Shown: one piece after another, positions 1 through 10,016 of the stretch
Layout: the number at the start of each line of letters is the position of its first letter
Position numbering within the stretch: the first letter of the stretch is position 1
Assembly (NCBI GenBank): GCA_963742105.1
Contig: CAVUKN010000005.1
Span: 1,775,884-1,839,883, forward strand
Source of the DNA: an uncultured Acidobacteriota bacterium
GTDB lineage: Bacteria; Acidobacteriota; Vicinamibacteria; Vicinamibacterales; UBA2999
Length of the DNA: 64,000 nucleotides
Direction of reading: 5' to 3'
Notes under the pieces: generated by a model
What the model was told of the DNA's origin: nothing
Database searches by the model: none
What the model saw: only the letters and a program-made list of their open reading frames with translations
Position numbers and translations under genes: made by a program

Positions 1-2
1 TC

Positions 3-314
3 GATACCCTCGCGACATCGGCGCTCGATGTACCGATCTACGTCATCGTCTGGGTCGGCGACGACCCTGCCGAGAACGACGGTGATCCCGTTCACGACGG
101 AGCGCCGCCCTCCGACTGTGATCTCCAGGCCGATCCTGTGTGCGCGGATGGCAATGCCGGGAATGGCGTGATCGTCCTGGTGGCCACGGCGTTCGGTGCA
201 GACGGTACGCAGCGGACAGTGACCGCCACTGTGGCCCGTGAGCGGAATGCCGACGGGAAACCTGTCGACGATCACCCGACCGCCGATGTTGTGTCATGGC
301 GAGAAGGGCGGTAG
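3..314 (+). CDS. PilX-like pilus-associated protein, C-terminal fragment (paralog of 2896..3742); 5' end outside window
   Basis: Frame 3 is open from the window edge to TAG 312-314. Translation ..VPIYVIVWVGDDPAENDGDPVHDGAPPSDCD..AFGADGTQR..VVSWREGR* aligns with ..YVIVWVADDPAESDADPLHDGAPPVGCD..AFGPDGTQR.. of the 2896..3742 product. Confidence 0.6.
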   Translation, partial: DTLATSALDVPIYVIVWVGDDPAENDGDPVHDGAPPSDCDLQADPVCADGNAGNGVIVLVATAFGADGTQRTVTATVARERNADGKPVDDHPTADVVSWREGR

Positions 315-469
315 CGATCGAGCCTGCGGGGCTTGCACCAGGCCTGTGATCGGCTGTTACGGATTTAGACCCGTAGTTCCGCGATAGGTCAGCGACTCCC
401 ACCCCGATTCGTCCCGTAACTCGCTGTTCGACCAAATCTTACAGGTGCGCGATCGCATGGCTCAGCCAT

Positions 470-485
470 TGGCAGCGCCGTTGCT
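470..485 (+). promoter_or_regulatory. sigma-54 (RpoN) -24/-12 promoter candidate for the pseudopilin operon
   Basis: TGGCAGCGCCGTTGCT matches TGGCAC-N5-TTGCW with exact GG/GC spacing. It ends 24 nt upstream of the GTG at 509. An NtrC-type enhancer-binding protein is encoded at 8554..9947. Confidence 0.55.
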
Positions 486-508
486 GTGGTGGGTGTCAGC
501 GGTTACAA

Positions 509-1081
509 GTGCGTCAACGACCCTCTGAAATCGGCTTCACGATCATCGAACTGGTGCTCGTTCTGGCCGTCTTCGCCGTCCTCTCGGCAATGGCGGTGCC
601 GGCGTTGTCCGCATTCGGCGAGCGTATGAAGCTTGGGCAGGGTCAGCGCGAAGTGGAGCGCGAGCTTCAGATGGCGCGGCTGAAGGCAGTCACCGCCAAC
701 CGGCGTATGCGCGTGCTGTTCAACTGTCCGGCGGCGGGCCAGTATCGTCGCGTTGAAGTGCTCGGAAGTGCACTTGACGATGCCGCCGATCGTTGCTCCG
801 AGGCCAAGTATCCAATCCTGCCGCCCGACAGGAATCCGCTGACCCGTCCGAACTTCGACGGAGCCGTTCGTTACCTCCCCCGCACCGTGTCGTTCGGTGC
901 GGCGTCCGGACTCGAATTCGCGCCCGATGGAACGGTCATGTATCAGAGCGGTGGTGTGTGGATTGACGTTCCCGATCCGGACGGTACGGCCGTGACGCTG
1001 ACCAAAACCGGCATGAGCGTCGTCGCCAGTATCACGGTGAATCACCTTGGCAAGATTCAGCCTGTTCAACTCCCGTACTGA
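509..1081 (+). CDS. type IV pilus minor pilin / pseudopilin, FimT-GspH-like
   Basis: Prepilin leader and class III signal MRQRPSEIG|FTIIELVLVLAVFAVLSAMAVP (G-F cleavage/methylation motif with Glu at +5). Followed by the GspH/FimT-like stretch REVERELQMARLKAVTANR. Confidence 0.75.
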   Translation: MRQRPSEIGFTIIELVLVLAVFAVLSAMAVPALSAFGERMKLGQGQREVERELQMARLKAVTANRRMRVLFNCPAAGQYRRVEVLGSALDDAADRCSEAKYPILPPDRNPLTRPNFDGAVRYLPRTVSFGAASGLEFAPDGTVMYQSGGVWIDVPDPDGTAVTLTKTGMSVVASITVNHLGKIQPVQLPY

Positions 1082-1670
1082 CCGTGGTGCCGCCGCAGCC
1101 GAGGGTCGCTTCGAACGGCGATCCGAAGGCGGCTTCTCGCTGGTTGAAGTGATCGTCGCGACCAGTCTGCTGGCCACCGCGTTGGTGACGCTCGCGCAGC
1201 TGTTCGCGATCTCGACGAAGACGAATCTCAGTTCCCGCAACACCACATACGCGACCGTCTTGGCGCAGCAGAAAGTGGAGGAATTGCGCTCCCTGACATG
1301 GGGCTTCGACCTGCAGGGACTGCCAATCAGCGATACGACGAGCGATACGGCCGTCAGCCCTGAGCAGCCGAACGGTGGCTCGGGGCTCGCCCCCTCACCG
1401 AAGACCGCGCTCAACGAGAACACGCCCGGATATGTCGACTACATCGATCAGTTCGGCAACAAGCTGGGTGGCGGAGCGCAGCCGCCGGCAAACGCGATCT
1501 ACATGCGGCGGTGGTCGATCGAACCGCTGCCCACGAACCCGAACAACACGTTGATCATCCAGGTGCTGGTGACCCGCAACCGCGACCGCGGCGCTGCCAA
1601 TGACGGGGCGGTCAACCGGTTGCCCGACGAGGCCCGCCTCATCACGGTCAAGACGCGAAAGGCTCAGTGA
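1047..1670 (+). CDS. type IV pilus minor pilin, PilV-like (prepilin-type N-terminal domain)
   Basis: RSEGG|FSLVEVIVATSLLATALVTLAQLF prepilin motif. The only in-frame start is TTG 1047, which overlaps the upstream gene by 35 nt. Position in the operon fits PilV. Confidence 0.65.
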   Translation: MARFSLFNSRTDRGAAAAEGRFERRSEGGFSLVEVIVATSLLATALVTLAQLFAISTKTNLSSRNTTYATVLAQQKVEELRSLTWGFDLQGLPISDTTSDTAVSPEQPNGGSGLAPSPKTALNENTPGYVDYIDQFGNKLGGGAQPPANAIYMRRWSIEPLPTNPNNTLIIQVLVTRNRDRGAANDGAVNRLPDEARLITVKTRKAQ

Positions 1671-2893
1671 TGCGGACGCAACGCCTCCAATCGGAAGCGG
1701 GCTTTACCCTCGTCGAGATGCTGATCTCGGCGGCGATCATGCTCACCGTGACCGCCGGCGTCTTCACGCTGATGAATCCGTCGGAAGGCATCTACAAGGC
1801 CCAGCCCGAAGCTTCGGACATGCAGCAGCGCATGCGGATCGGCGTCGACACGCTGTCGAAGGATCTGGTCATGGCTGGCGCGGGCACGTATGTCGGCGCG
1901 GTCGCAGGTGCGCTCTACAACTACTTCGCACCTGTGATGCCTTATCGTGTCGGTGATTCGAACAGCGATCCTGCTGCAGGCATCTACTATCGTTGCTCTC
2001 CCGGCTGCAGAGGCTCGGAGGCGATCACGCTTCTCTATGTGCCGCCGACGCCGTCGCAGACGACGATCCGGCAGGGTATGCCTCGCAACTCCAAGGAGTT
2101 CAAGGTCAACGACCAGCCGAACTGCCCGCCGAACAAAAAGGAGGCGCTGTGCGGCTTCAAGGAAGGGATGCGCGCGCTGATCTTCGACAAGAACGGCGCG
2201 TGGGACGCGTTCACGCTCACCCAGATTCAGGACCCGGCGCTTCACCTCCAGCACAGCGGCGATCTGAGCACCGACTACGACGACGGTTCGCAGATTACGC
2301 AGGTGGCGACCCACACCTATTACCTCAAGACCGACATCGCAACGAACACCTATCAGTTGATGCACTACGACGGGTACATGACCGACCTGCCGGTCGTCGA
2401 CAACGTCGTGAAGCTGGAGTTCCAGTATTTCGGCGATCCCCAGCCGCCGACGCTGATTCCGGGGAAGTCGTTGACCGACCTGGTCGGCCCGTGGACCACC
2501 TATGGTCCGAAGCCGCCTCCGCTAGGGGTCGACAACGGCTCAGACTCGTGGCCGGCCGGTGAAAACTGCCTTTTTTCGCTGCAGGCCGGGCAGCAGGTGT
2601 CGCGCCTCCCGGTGCTCGCCGCGGGTAACGGGCAGGTACCGCTTCCGGCGGCCATGCTGATGGATGGTCCGTGGTGCCCGGACGCCACCTTCTCCAATCG
2701 CTTCGACGCTGACCTGCTCCGTATTCGCCGCGTCCGCGTCAACCTCCGAGTACAGGTCGCGCCCTCGTCACTGCGCGGGCCGGCTGGCCTTCTGTTCACG
2801 CGGGGCGGCACTGCCAACGCTGCCGAGCGGTACGTCCCCGACCAGGAAGTCAGTTTCGACATCACGCCACGCAACATGAACCTGGGACGCTGA
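1667..2893 (+). CDS. type IV pilus assembly protein PilW-like (prepilin-type N-terminal domain)
   Basis: QSEAG|FTLVEMLISAAIMLTVTAGVF followed by QQRMRIGVDTLSKDLVMAG, as in PilW proteins. A 4-nt overlap (ATGA) with the upstream gene suggests translational coupling. Confidence 0.7.
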   Translation: MMRTQRLQSEAGFTLVEMLISAAIMLTVTAGVFTLMNPSEGIYKAQPEASDMQQRMRIGVDTLSKDLVMAGAGTYVGAVAGALYNYFAPVMPYRVGDSNSDPAAGIYYRCSPGCRGSEAITLLYVPPTPSQTTIRQGMPRNSKEFKVNDQPNCPPNKKEALCGFKEGMRALIFDKNGAWDAFTLTQIQDPALHLQHSGDLSTDYDDGSQITQVATHTYYLKTDIATNTYQLMHYDGYMTDLPVVDNVVKLEFQYFGDPQPPTLIPGKSLTDLVGPWTTYGPKPPPLGVDNGSDSWPAGENCLFSLQAGQQVSRLPVLAAGNGQVPLPAAMLMDGPWCPDATFSNRFDADLLRIRRVRVNLRVQVAPSSLRGPAGLLFTRGGTANAAERYVPDQEVSFDITPRNMNLGR

Positions 2894-2895
2894 CC

Positions 2896-3742
2896 ATGAG
2901 CCGACATTTCGAGCGGCCTCCGCTGTCGGCGCGTGCGGCCGACGAACGAGGCGTCGCGCTGGTCATTGCGCTGATGGCGATGGCGCTGATGATGGCCCTC
3001 GGCCTGGCCCTGATCCTGACGACTACCACCGAAGGAAAGATTGCGGGCAACTACCGCCAGGGCTCGGAAGCGCTGTACGCGGCCGATGCCGCCGTCGAGC
3101 GGGTGATGCAGGACATCCTGACCGTGCCGAACTGGGACGACATGCTCGCCGGCACCGTCACTTCAGGATTCATTGACGGGGCACCGTCTGGGTCACGCAC
3201 GCTGCCGGACGGTTCGACGCTCGATCTGACCGAGGCGACCAACGTGGTGCGATGCGGGAAGACCACGCTGCAGCGACGCCGACCTGGTCGCGTTCACCGA
3301 CGATCATCCGTGGGGTCCCAACAACCCGAAATGGCAGCTCTATGCCTACGGTCCGCTCGAGGACATGATTCCCACCGGAACCATCAACTCAAACGCGTAC
3401 GTGATCGTCTGGGTCGCGGACGATCCCGCGGAGAGCGACGCTGATCCGCTTCACGATGGCGCCCCGCCGGTCGGCTGCGATCCCACCAAGGACGCGACGT
3501 GTGCGGCCGGCAATCTGGGTCGCGGCGTCATCTCCATGCTGGCGCAGGCGTTCGGTCCCGATGGAACCCAGCGGGTCATCGAAGTGACGCTGGCGCGAAC
3601 CGACACCACCGAGCTGGAGCGTGGCTACACGGGCCAGCGCGGACAGGACGAACAGAACCGCCGCTCACGTAAGGCGCCGGTACAGACGCCCGGCAAGGCG
3701 CTGACGCAACGCTCGTGGACGCTGTCGGGGGGCGGCACCTAG
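2896..3742 (+). CDS. PilX-like pilus assembly protein (PilX N-terminal domain); one frameshift near 3265
   Basis: N-terminus ERGVALVIALMAMALMMALGLALILTTTTEGKIAGNYRQGSEALYAADAAVE (PilX_N-like). Reading continues in the +1 frame after ..VRCGKTT as CSDADLVAFTDDHPWGPNNPKWQLYAYGPLEDMIPTG.. (ORFs 2896..3444 and 3365..3742). Confidence 0.7.
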
Positions 3743-3744
3743 TC

Positions 3745-6700
3745 ATGATCAATCTCGCAACGAATCGCTGGACCTACGTCAGCGCGGTCGCGCTTGCAGT
3801 CGTCATGCGGCCGAGCGCGGCGTCGGCACAGGTGGACCCGCTGCTGTTTCTCAAGGACGTCCCGCCGAATGTGCTGCTGGTGGTGGACACGTCTGCGCGC
3901 ATGCAGCGCGGTCCCGACGGCACGTACTACGACCCGGGTGTCTACAACCGGTCAGGTAACAGGACCTGGCACCCGACCATCGGCGTCACCGGCAGCATGA
4001 ACAACTACCGCCGCAAGTTTGCTGGCTTCGCGACGACCAGCGCCGCGGCGGGCACGCCGCTCGCGACCACGACCAACATCACAGTCGTCGGCGACAACGA
4101 TCCGAAGTACTCCTACTTCGATGCGCGGACACGCCTGTCGCTGACGCGCGCCGCCGTGACGCAGCTGATCAACGAGAACACGCTGGTCGCGCGATTCGGA
4201 TTCATCAAGACGCGCCAGAGCTCGCCGGCGATTCCCAATTCAGTCGGGAACGGCACCGCCACCGACTCCGACCTCGCGCAGCAGACGCCCAATGAGCTGA
4301 CGGTTGCCGGCACGTGGTCGTTCACGATGCCGACCGTCGCTGCCGAGAACGGCTCGCTGACGGCCGCTCCGGCCGGTACCGTGGTCTACAAGGCCGACGT
4401 CGCCGGGGCCAACGCCAACATAGTGACGCTCCTCTCAAAAGGGGTAACCACTGCCGGCGCGTTGCTTCCCGCCGGCGGTGACACGGCGACGAAGATCGAT
4501 GCGCCGCTCAACAACATGCTGCTCGACGCCAAGGCAGAGGCCGCGCGCATCATGGCGGCCGACTGCCGCAACACCATCGTCGTGCTCGTGACCGGCGGTG
4601 GCGAGGGGAATACGGCGTCGGGGAGCCCGAATCCCGCGACGACGGCGTCACAGTTCCTCAACATCAACGGCTATCGCGTTCCGATTTATGTCATCGCGAT
4701 CGCGCCCTCCGCCTCTGATGCGACCCAGTTGCAGACCATCGCCACGAATTCCGGCGGCAGGTACACGGAGATCACGAAGGCGATGATCGATGCGGCGTAC
4801 TCGTCGTGGTCCACGGGAACGCCGGCTGGATATCTCGCCGGCAAGCCGTCCGGAACGATCATCGTTCCGGAAATGGTCCGGGCGATGAACACGGCCGTCC
4901 AGCACGCGTTTCAACGGAACGCGCAGTTCAGCACCGGCGCGACGACGTCCGAGTTCCAGGTGACGAGTCCAATCGTCGGGACGGTCGACCTTACCAACGG
5001 CAAGGACATCAATGGCATCGCCTTGCCGAACACCTCCATCAGCGACAAGGCGGGGGCGGCCCTGCCGCAGCGCTCGAACCTGATGGTAACCACGTCCTTT
5101 GTGCTCCCCGGCTTCAGCGCCAGGTTGCGAGGGTTCCGGGTTTACAAACCGGTGGCCGACACGTCGGTTGCGGCCGGTTATAAGTTCGTCGCTGACGGGA
5201 CGCCGCTCTGGGTCGCGTCGACACCCACGGCTGCCTCAAGGAATCTGTACACCACCCTGCCGGACGGCACGATGGTGCCATTCACGACGGCACGGGCAGC
5301 GGACCTGGCGCCCTACATGAACATGTCGACGACAGACGCGTCGGCATTGATCGACTATTTCCGGGGACTGTCGATCGGGGCCGCTGTCGATTCGACGCCG
5401 GCAATTCTCAACCCGCCATCACTGGATCCACCCCCCGATCCCGATTACACGGCCTTCGCGCTCGCCAACAAGGACCGGCGAAGCATCGTCTTCGTCGGCA
5501 CGAACCGGGGCATTCTCGAGGCGATCGACGCGAGGCTCGGTGTCGAGGTGTGGGGCTTCATCCCGTACAACCTGCTGCCGAAGCTGAAGACGCTGCTCGA
5601 TGGCCAGTCCGTCGGCAGCTTCGATTACTTTGTCGACGGATCACCCAAGCTTGCCGACGTCAAGGTCGGAGGGACGTGGAAGACCTACTTGTTCTTCGGC
5701 GAAGGCCCGGGCGGCACGTTCTACCAGGCGCTCGACGTCACGATGAGCGGCATGTCCTCCGTTGTGACGACGGCCGACGACAACATCAGCAACGTGCTCT
5801 CGTACTTTGCGTCCTCGTCGGCGATCGCACTGAAGTGGTCGTTCCCCTCGTACTCGAGCTTCGATCCAACGAGTAGTACTACGCTGATGCCGTACGGTGA
5901 TCTCAAGTCGACGGCAACGGCGGCGGAACTGGCCGTAGGGCAGACGTGGTCCGATCCGTCCGTCGGGCAGGTTGAGGGGCCCGTGAGTCCTTATGTGCTC
6001 CTGGTTGGTTCCGGCTTCATGCCGAAGAGCGTCCAGGCACAGGCGAATCGCAATGACACCGTGGCCGGTTCGACCTTCTACATGCTGAACATCGAGAACG
6101 GCTCGGTGCTCGCCTATAAGGATGTGGGCAACGACAACAAGGGCGAAAACGTCGACAACTGCGCGACTGCCGGTGACTGCTCGAAGATGAAAAATGCGCT
6201 GCAGTCCGATCCGGTGGCATCCGGTCCCCAGGGCTCGCGCTTCATCAGCGACGTCTACATTGCCGACCTCGACGGCCGAATCTGGCGGTTCGACCTGGGC
6301 CTGGCGAGCGGTGTACCAAAATTCCTCGCCGCGCCGGTGAAGCTGTACGACGACAAAGACAGCCAGCCAATCTTCAACTCGATGGCGGTCATCGACATCG
6401 GCGGCGGCACCCAGCGCTACCTGTTTGCGGGGACTGGCAGCGACCTGCTTCCGTCGACCGGCGTGTCGACGCAGTACAAGCTGCTGGGTATTCTCGACCA
6501 GAGCAGCTCGGGCTCGGTAACGTTCACGAGGTTGCTGACGAAGGTGGACGGTGCGGGTGACGAAGAAAAGATCACGGCGTATCCCGCGGTGGCTGGCGAC
6601 GTGGTCTTCTTCACGACGACAACGTTCAAGGTTGGAGTGTGTACATTGCCGGACGCGAATCTCTACGCGCTGACGTTCATCGGCGGCCCCGCGTACGACA

Positions 6701-6906
6701 ATACCGGCGATGACAAGGTCACCAGCAAGGACACCCCGCTGGTGAAGACGGTCACCGGGGTGCGGGCCACCGCGCCCTTCGTTGTCGACCAGCACCTGGT
6801 GTTCGGCGCCGGAGAGACGCTGCAGCTGTTCGGAGATCCGCAGGACTTCAACAACGGCGTGGGGCAGGCGGGCGTCCGCATCCTGTCCTGGCGGGAAGAG
6901 CGGTAG
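3745..6906 (+). CDS. pilY1: PilY1-like pilus tip adhesin/assembly protein (N-terminal VWA-like region, C-terminal beta-propeller)
   Basis: ATG 3745 gives signal peptide MINLATNRWTYVSAVALAVVMRPSAASA|QV. VLLVVDTSARMQ is a VWA/MIDAS-like strand. The C-terminal part has PilY1-propeller-like motifs (YIADLDGRIWRFDL, YLFAGTGSD). Size and position after PilX fit PilY1. No frameshift in 3.2 kb. Confidence 0.7.
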   Translation: MINLATNRWTYVSAVALAVVMRPSAASAQVDPLLFLKDVPPNVLLVVDTSARMQRGPDGTYYDPGVYNRSGNRTWHPTIGVTGSMNNYRRKFAGFATTSAAAGTPLATTTNITVVGDNDPKYSYFDARTRLSLTRAAVTQLINENTLVARFGFIKTRQSSPAIPNSVGNGTATDSDLAQQTPNELTVAGTWSFTMPTVAAENGSLTAAPAGTVVYKADVAGANANIVTLLSKGVTTAGALLPAGGDTATKIDAPLNNMLLDAKAEAARIMAADCRNTIVVLVTGGGEGNTASGSPNPATTASQFLNINGYRVPIYVIAIAPSASDATQLQTIATNSGGRYTEITKAMIDAAYSSWSTGTPAGYLAGKPSGTIIVPEMVRAMNTAVQHAFQRNAQFSTGATTSEFQVTSPIVGTVDLTNGKDINGIALPNTSISDKAGAALPQRSNLMVTTSFVLPGFSARLRGFRVYKPVADTSVAAGYKFVADGTPLWVASTPTAASRNLYTTLPDGTMVPFTTARAADLAPYMNMSTTDASALIDYFRGLSIGAAVDSTPAILNPPSLDPPPDPDYTAFALANKDRRSIVFVGTNRGILEAIDARLGVEVWGFIPYNLLPKLKTLLDGQSVGSFDYFVDGSPKLADVKVGGTWKTYLFFGEGPGGTFYQALDVTMSGMSSVVTTADDNISNVLSYFASSSAIALKWSFPSYSSFDPTSSTTLMPYGDLKSTATAAELAVGQTWSDPSVGQVEGPVSPYVLLVGSGFMPKSVQAQANRNDTVAGSTFYMLNIENGSVLAYKDVGNDNKGENVDNCATAGDCSKMKNALQSDPVASGPQGSRFISDVYIADLDGRIWRFDLGLASGVPKFLAAPVKLYDDKDSQPIFNSMAVIDIGGGTQRYLFAGTGSDLLPSTGVSTQYKLLGILDQSSSGSVTFTRLLTKVDGAGDEEKITAYPAVAGDVVFFTTTTFKVGVCTLPDANLYALTFIGGPAYDNTGDDKVTSKDTPLVKTVTGVRATAPFVVDQHLVFGAGETLQLFGDPQDFNNGVGQAGVRILSWREER

Positions 6907-7796
6907 TGGCCGGCCCGGAGATCTGCCCGTCCTGCGGCGCCAAGATCAGGAGAGGGCGTCCCAGGTGTCTGCGATGCCATGCGCCGATGGTGGCGGCGTC
7001 GCGTCCGCAGCCCGGTGGTGTGACTTCCACAGGTCCTCGGCCCCGACTGGTGATGATCGGCTCCGTGCTGACCGCCGGCATGGTCATCTTCGCGATAGCC
7101 GCGCTGATGAAGCCGTGGAATGTCCGCGCCGCCGGATCCACGGCCGTACACCAGCCGGCGGCCGCTGGTCGCCTGGCATCGGCGGCGACGACGTCTCCCG
7201 AGCAGTCAGCCCCCGGAGTACCAGATCAGCCGAGTGTCGCCGCTGACGGGACACGGGCCGCCGTCAATTCCTATCGGAACGGGAATGTCGCCGGCGCGAT
7301 CGCTGAGCTGACAGCCGTTGTCGATGCCAATCCCACCAGCGCCGATGCGCTGAACGACCTCGGCCAGGCGCTCGTACGCGCGAAGCGCCCCAGCGATGCA
7401 ATTTCCTACTTCGACCGGGCGATTGCCCGGTCGCCCGAGACGTGGGCGTATCACTTCAATCGTGCCCGGGCGTCGGCGGAGCTGCAGGACTGGCCGGGTG
7501 CGATTGCCGGATACCGGCGGGCGGCGGCGCTGTTTCCGGAGGACTACGCCACCCAGTTCAACCTGGCCCGTGCGCTGCAGGCCAATGGCGATCTCGCCGA
7601 CGCGGTTGACGCGTTCCAGCGGGCGGTCGTGCTGGCGCCCGGTCAGCCCGACTTCCTGCTCTCCCTCGGTACGGCGCAGGAGGCGGCCCGGCGGCCGGCA
7701 GAGGCTGCGGCCAGCTACCGGAAATACCTGGAACTGCAGCCGGCATCGCCTGATGCCGAGAAGATCAAGGACCGGATCGCGCGGCTCACGTCTTGA
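6906..7796 (+). CDS. zinc-ribbon / single-TM / TPR-repeat protein
   Basis: N-terminal CPSCGAKIRRGRPRCLRCHAP (CxxC..CxxC), then TM segment LVMIGSVLTAGMVIFAIAALM, then tandem TPR-like repeats (ALNDLGQALVRAKRPSDAISYFDRAIARSP..). GTG overlaps the pilY1 stop (TAGTG). Confidence 0.6.
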   Translation: MAGPEICPSCGAKIRRGRPRCLRCHAPMVAASRPQPGGVTSTGPRPRLVMIGSVLTAGMVIFAIAALMKPWNVRAAGSTAVHQPAAAGRLASAATTSPEQSAPGVPDQPSVAADGTRAAVNSYRNGNVAGAIAELTAVVDANPTSADALNDLGQALVRAKRPSDAISYFDRAIARSPETWAYHFNRARASAELQDWPGAIAGYRRAAALFPEDYATQFNLARALQANGDLADAVDAFQRAVVLAPGQPDFLLSLGTAQEAARRPAEAAASYRKYLELQPASPDAEKIKDRIARLTS

Positions 7797-7828
7797 CGCC
7801 GGCGGAGACGGGGTCTGAGAATCCAGAC

Positions 7829-8375
7829 ATGCGCCCGCTACTCGTTTTCGTGCTGGCCGGTTACGTTCTGACCGGAATCGCTGCGGCCCAGTCGCTTGGA
7901 GAAGTCGCCAGGCGGGAGGAGGCGCGGCGCAAGGCGGTCACGTCCGGCGGCAAGGTGTACACGGGCGACAGCCTGAGGCCAGACGCCGCACCGGCGGCGC
8001 CAACTGCGGCGCCCACCCCCGCGCCCGCGAGTCCAGAGAAACCTGCGCCAGCTGCACAGGCGGCGACACCCGACGCGGCAGACGCGGCCAAGAAGGACGA
8101 GAAGTACGTGGCGCCAGCGCATCAGCGCGGAACGGGACGCCCTCAGTCGCGCAGAGCTCTTCGCCGAATCGCTGCAGAGCCGGATCAACGCGCTGACTGC
8201 TGATTTCGCGGCCCGCGACGACCCGTTCCAGCGCAACCAGATCGGCGGCGACCGCCAGAAAGCGCTCTCCGAACTCGATCGCGTTCGCAAGGAAATCACC
8301 CAGCACACCAAGGCGATTTCGGACATCCAGGAAGAAGCCCGCAAAGCAGGCGTTCCCGCCGGCTGGGTCCGGTAG
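7829..8375 (+). CDS. secreted Ala/Pro-rich coiled-coil protein, unknown function; one frameshift near 8108
   Basis: Signal-like MRPLLVFVLAGYVLTGIAAAQS. After ..KKDEKY the reading continues one frame over as WRQRISAERDALSRAELFAESLQSRINALTADFAARDDPFQRNQIGGDRQKALSELDRVRKEITQHTKAISDIQEEARKAGVPAGWVR* (stop 8373-8375). Confidence 0.5.
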
Positions 8376-8383
8376 GCGGCTTT

Positions 8384-8553
8384 CATTCTTGAATCGTGAA
8401 TCGTGATTCTTGAATAGGGAATCGGGATTCGGGAATCGGGAATCAGGAATGGTGGCAATCGCGATTTCCTCAGCACCAATCACGAATCAAAATCGCGATT
8501 CACCTAATCACCAATCACCAATCACAAATCAAGAATCAAGAATCACGAATCGC
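8384..8553. repeat. heptad-array element E1 (AATC-core flavour)
   Basis: About 24 consecutive 7-nt units (GAATCGT GAATCGT GATTCTT GAATAGG GAATCGG GATTCGG GAATCGG GAATCAG .. CAATCAC CAATCAC AAATCAA GAATCAA GAATCAC GAATCGC). The outer parts are reverse complements of each other. Palindrome AATCGCGATT occurs at 8457-8466 and 8491-8500. Confidence 0.85.
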
Positions 8554-9947
<1,394 letters not shown>

Positions 9948-10016
9948 ACCTCCTGCTGCTGGCGATGGCGTTCCGGGCGTGGAGCGGGGCCGCGTGTTCG
10001 GTCGTTCCTCCGCGTC

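Noticed and set aside
8410-8553. An N-terminal extension of the response-regulator ORF (MNRESGFGNRESG..ITNQNRDSPNHQSPITNQESRITNR).
   Set aside because: It is the in-frame translation of heptad array E1. The receiver domain begins at ATG 8554 (MSVFPVLLVEDKD).
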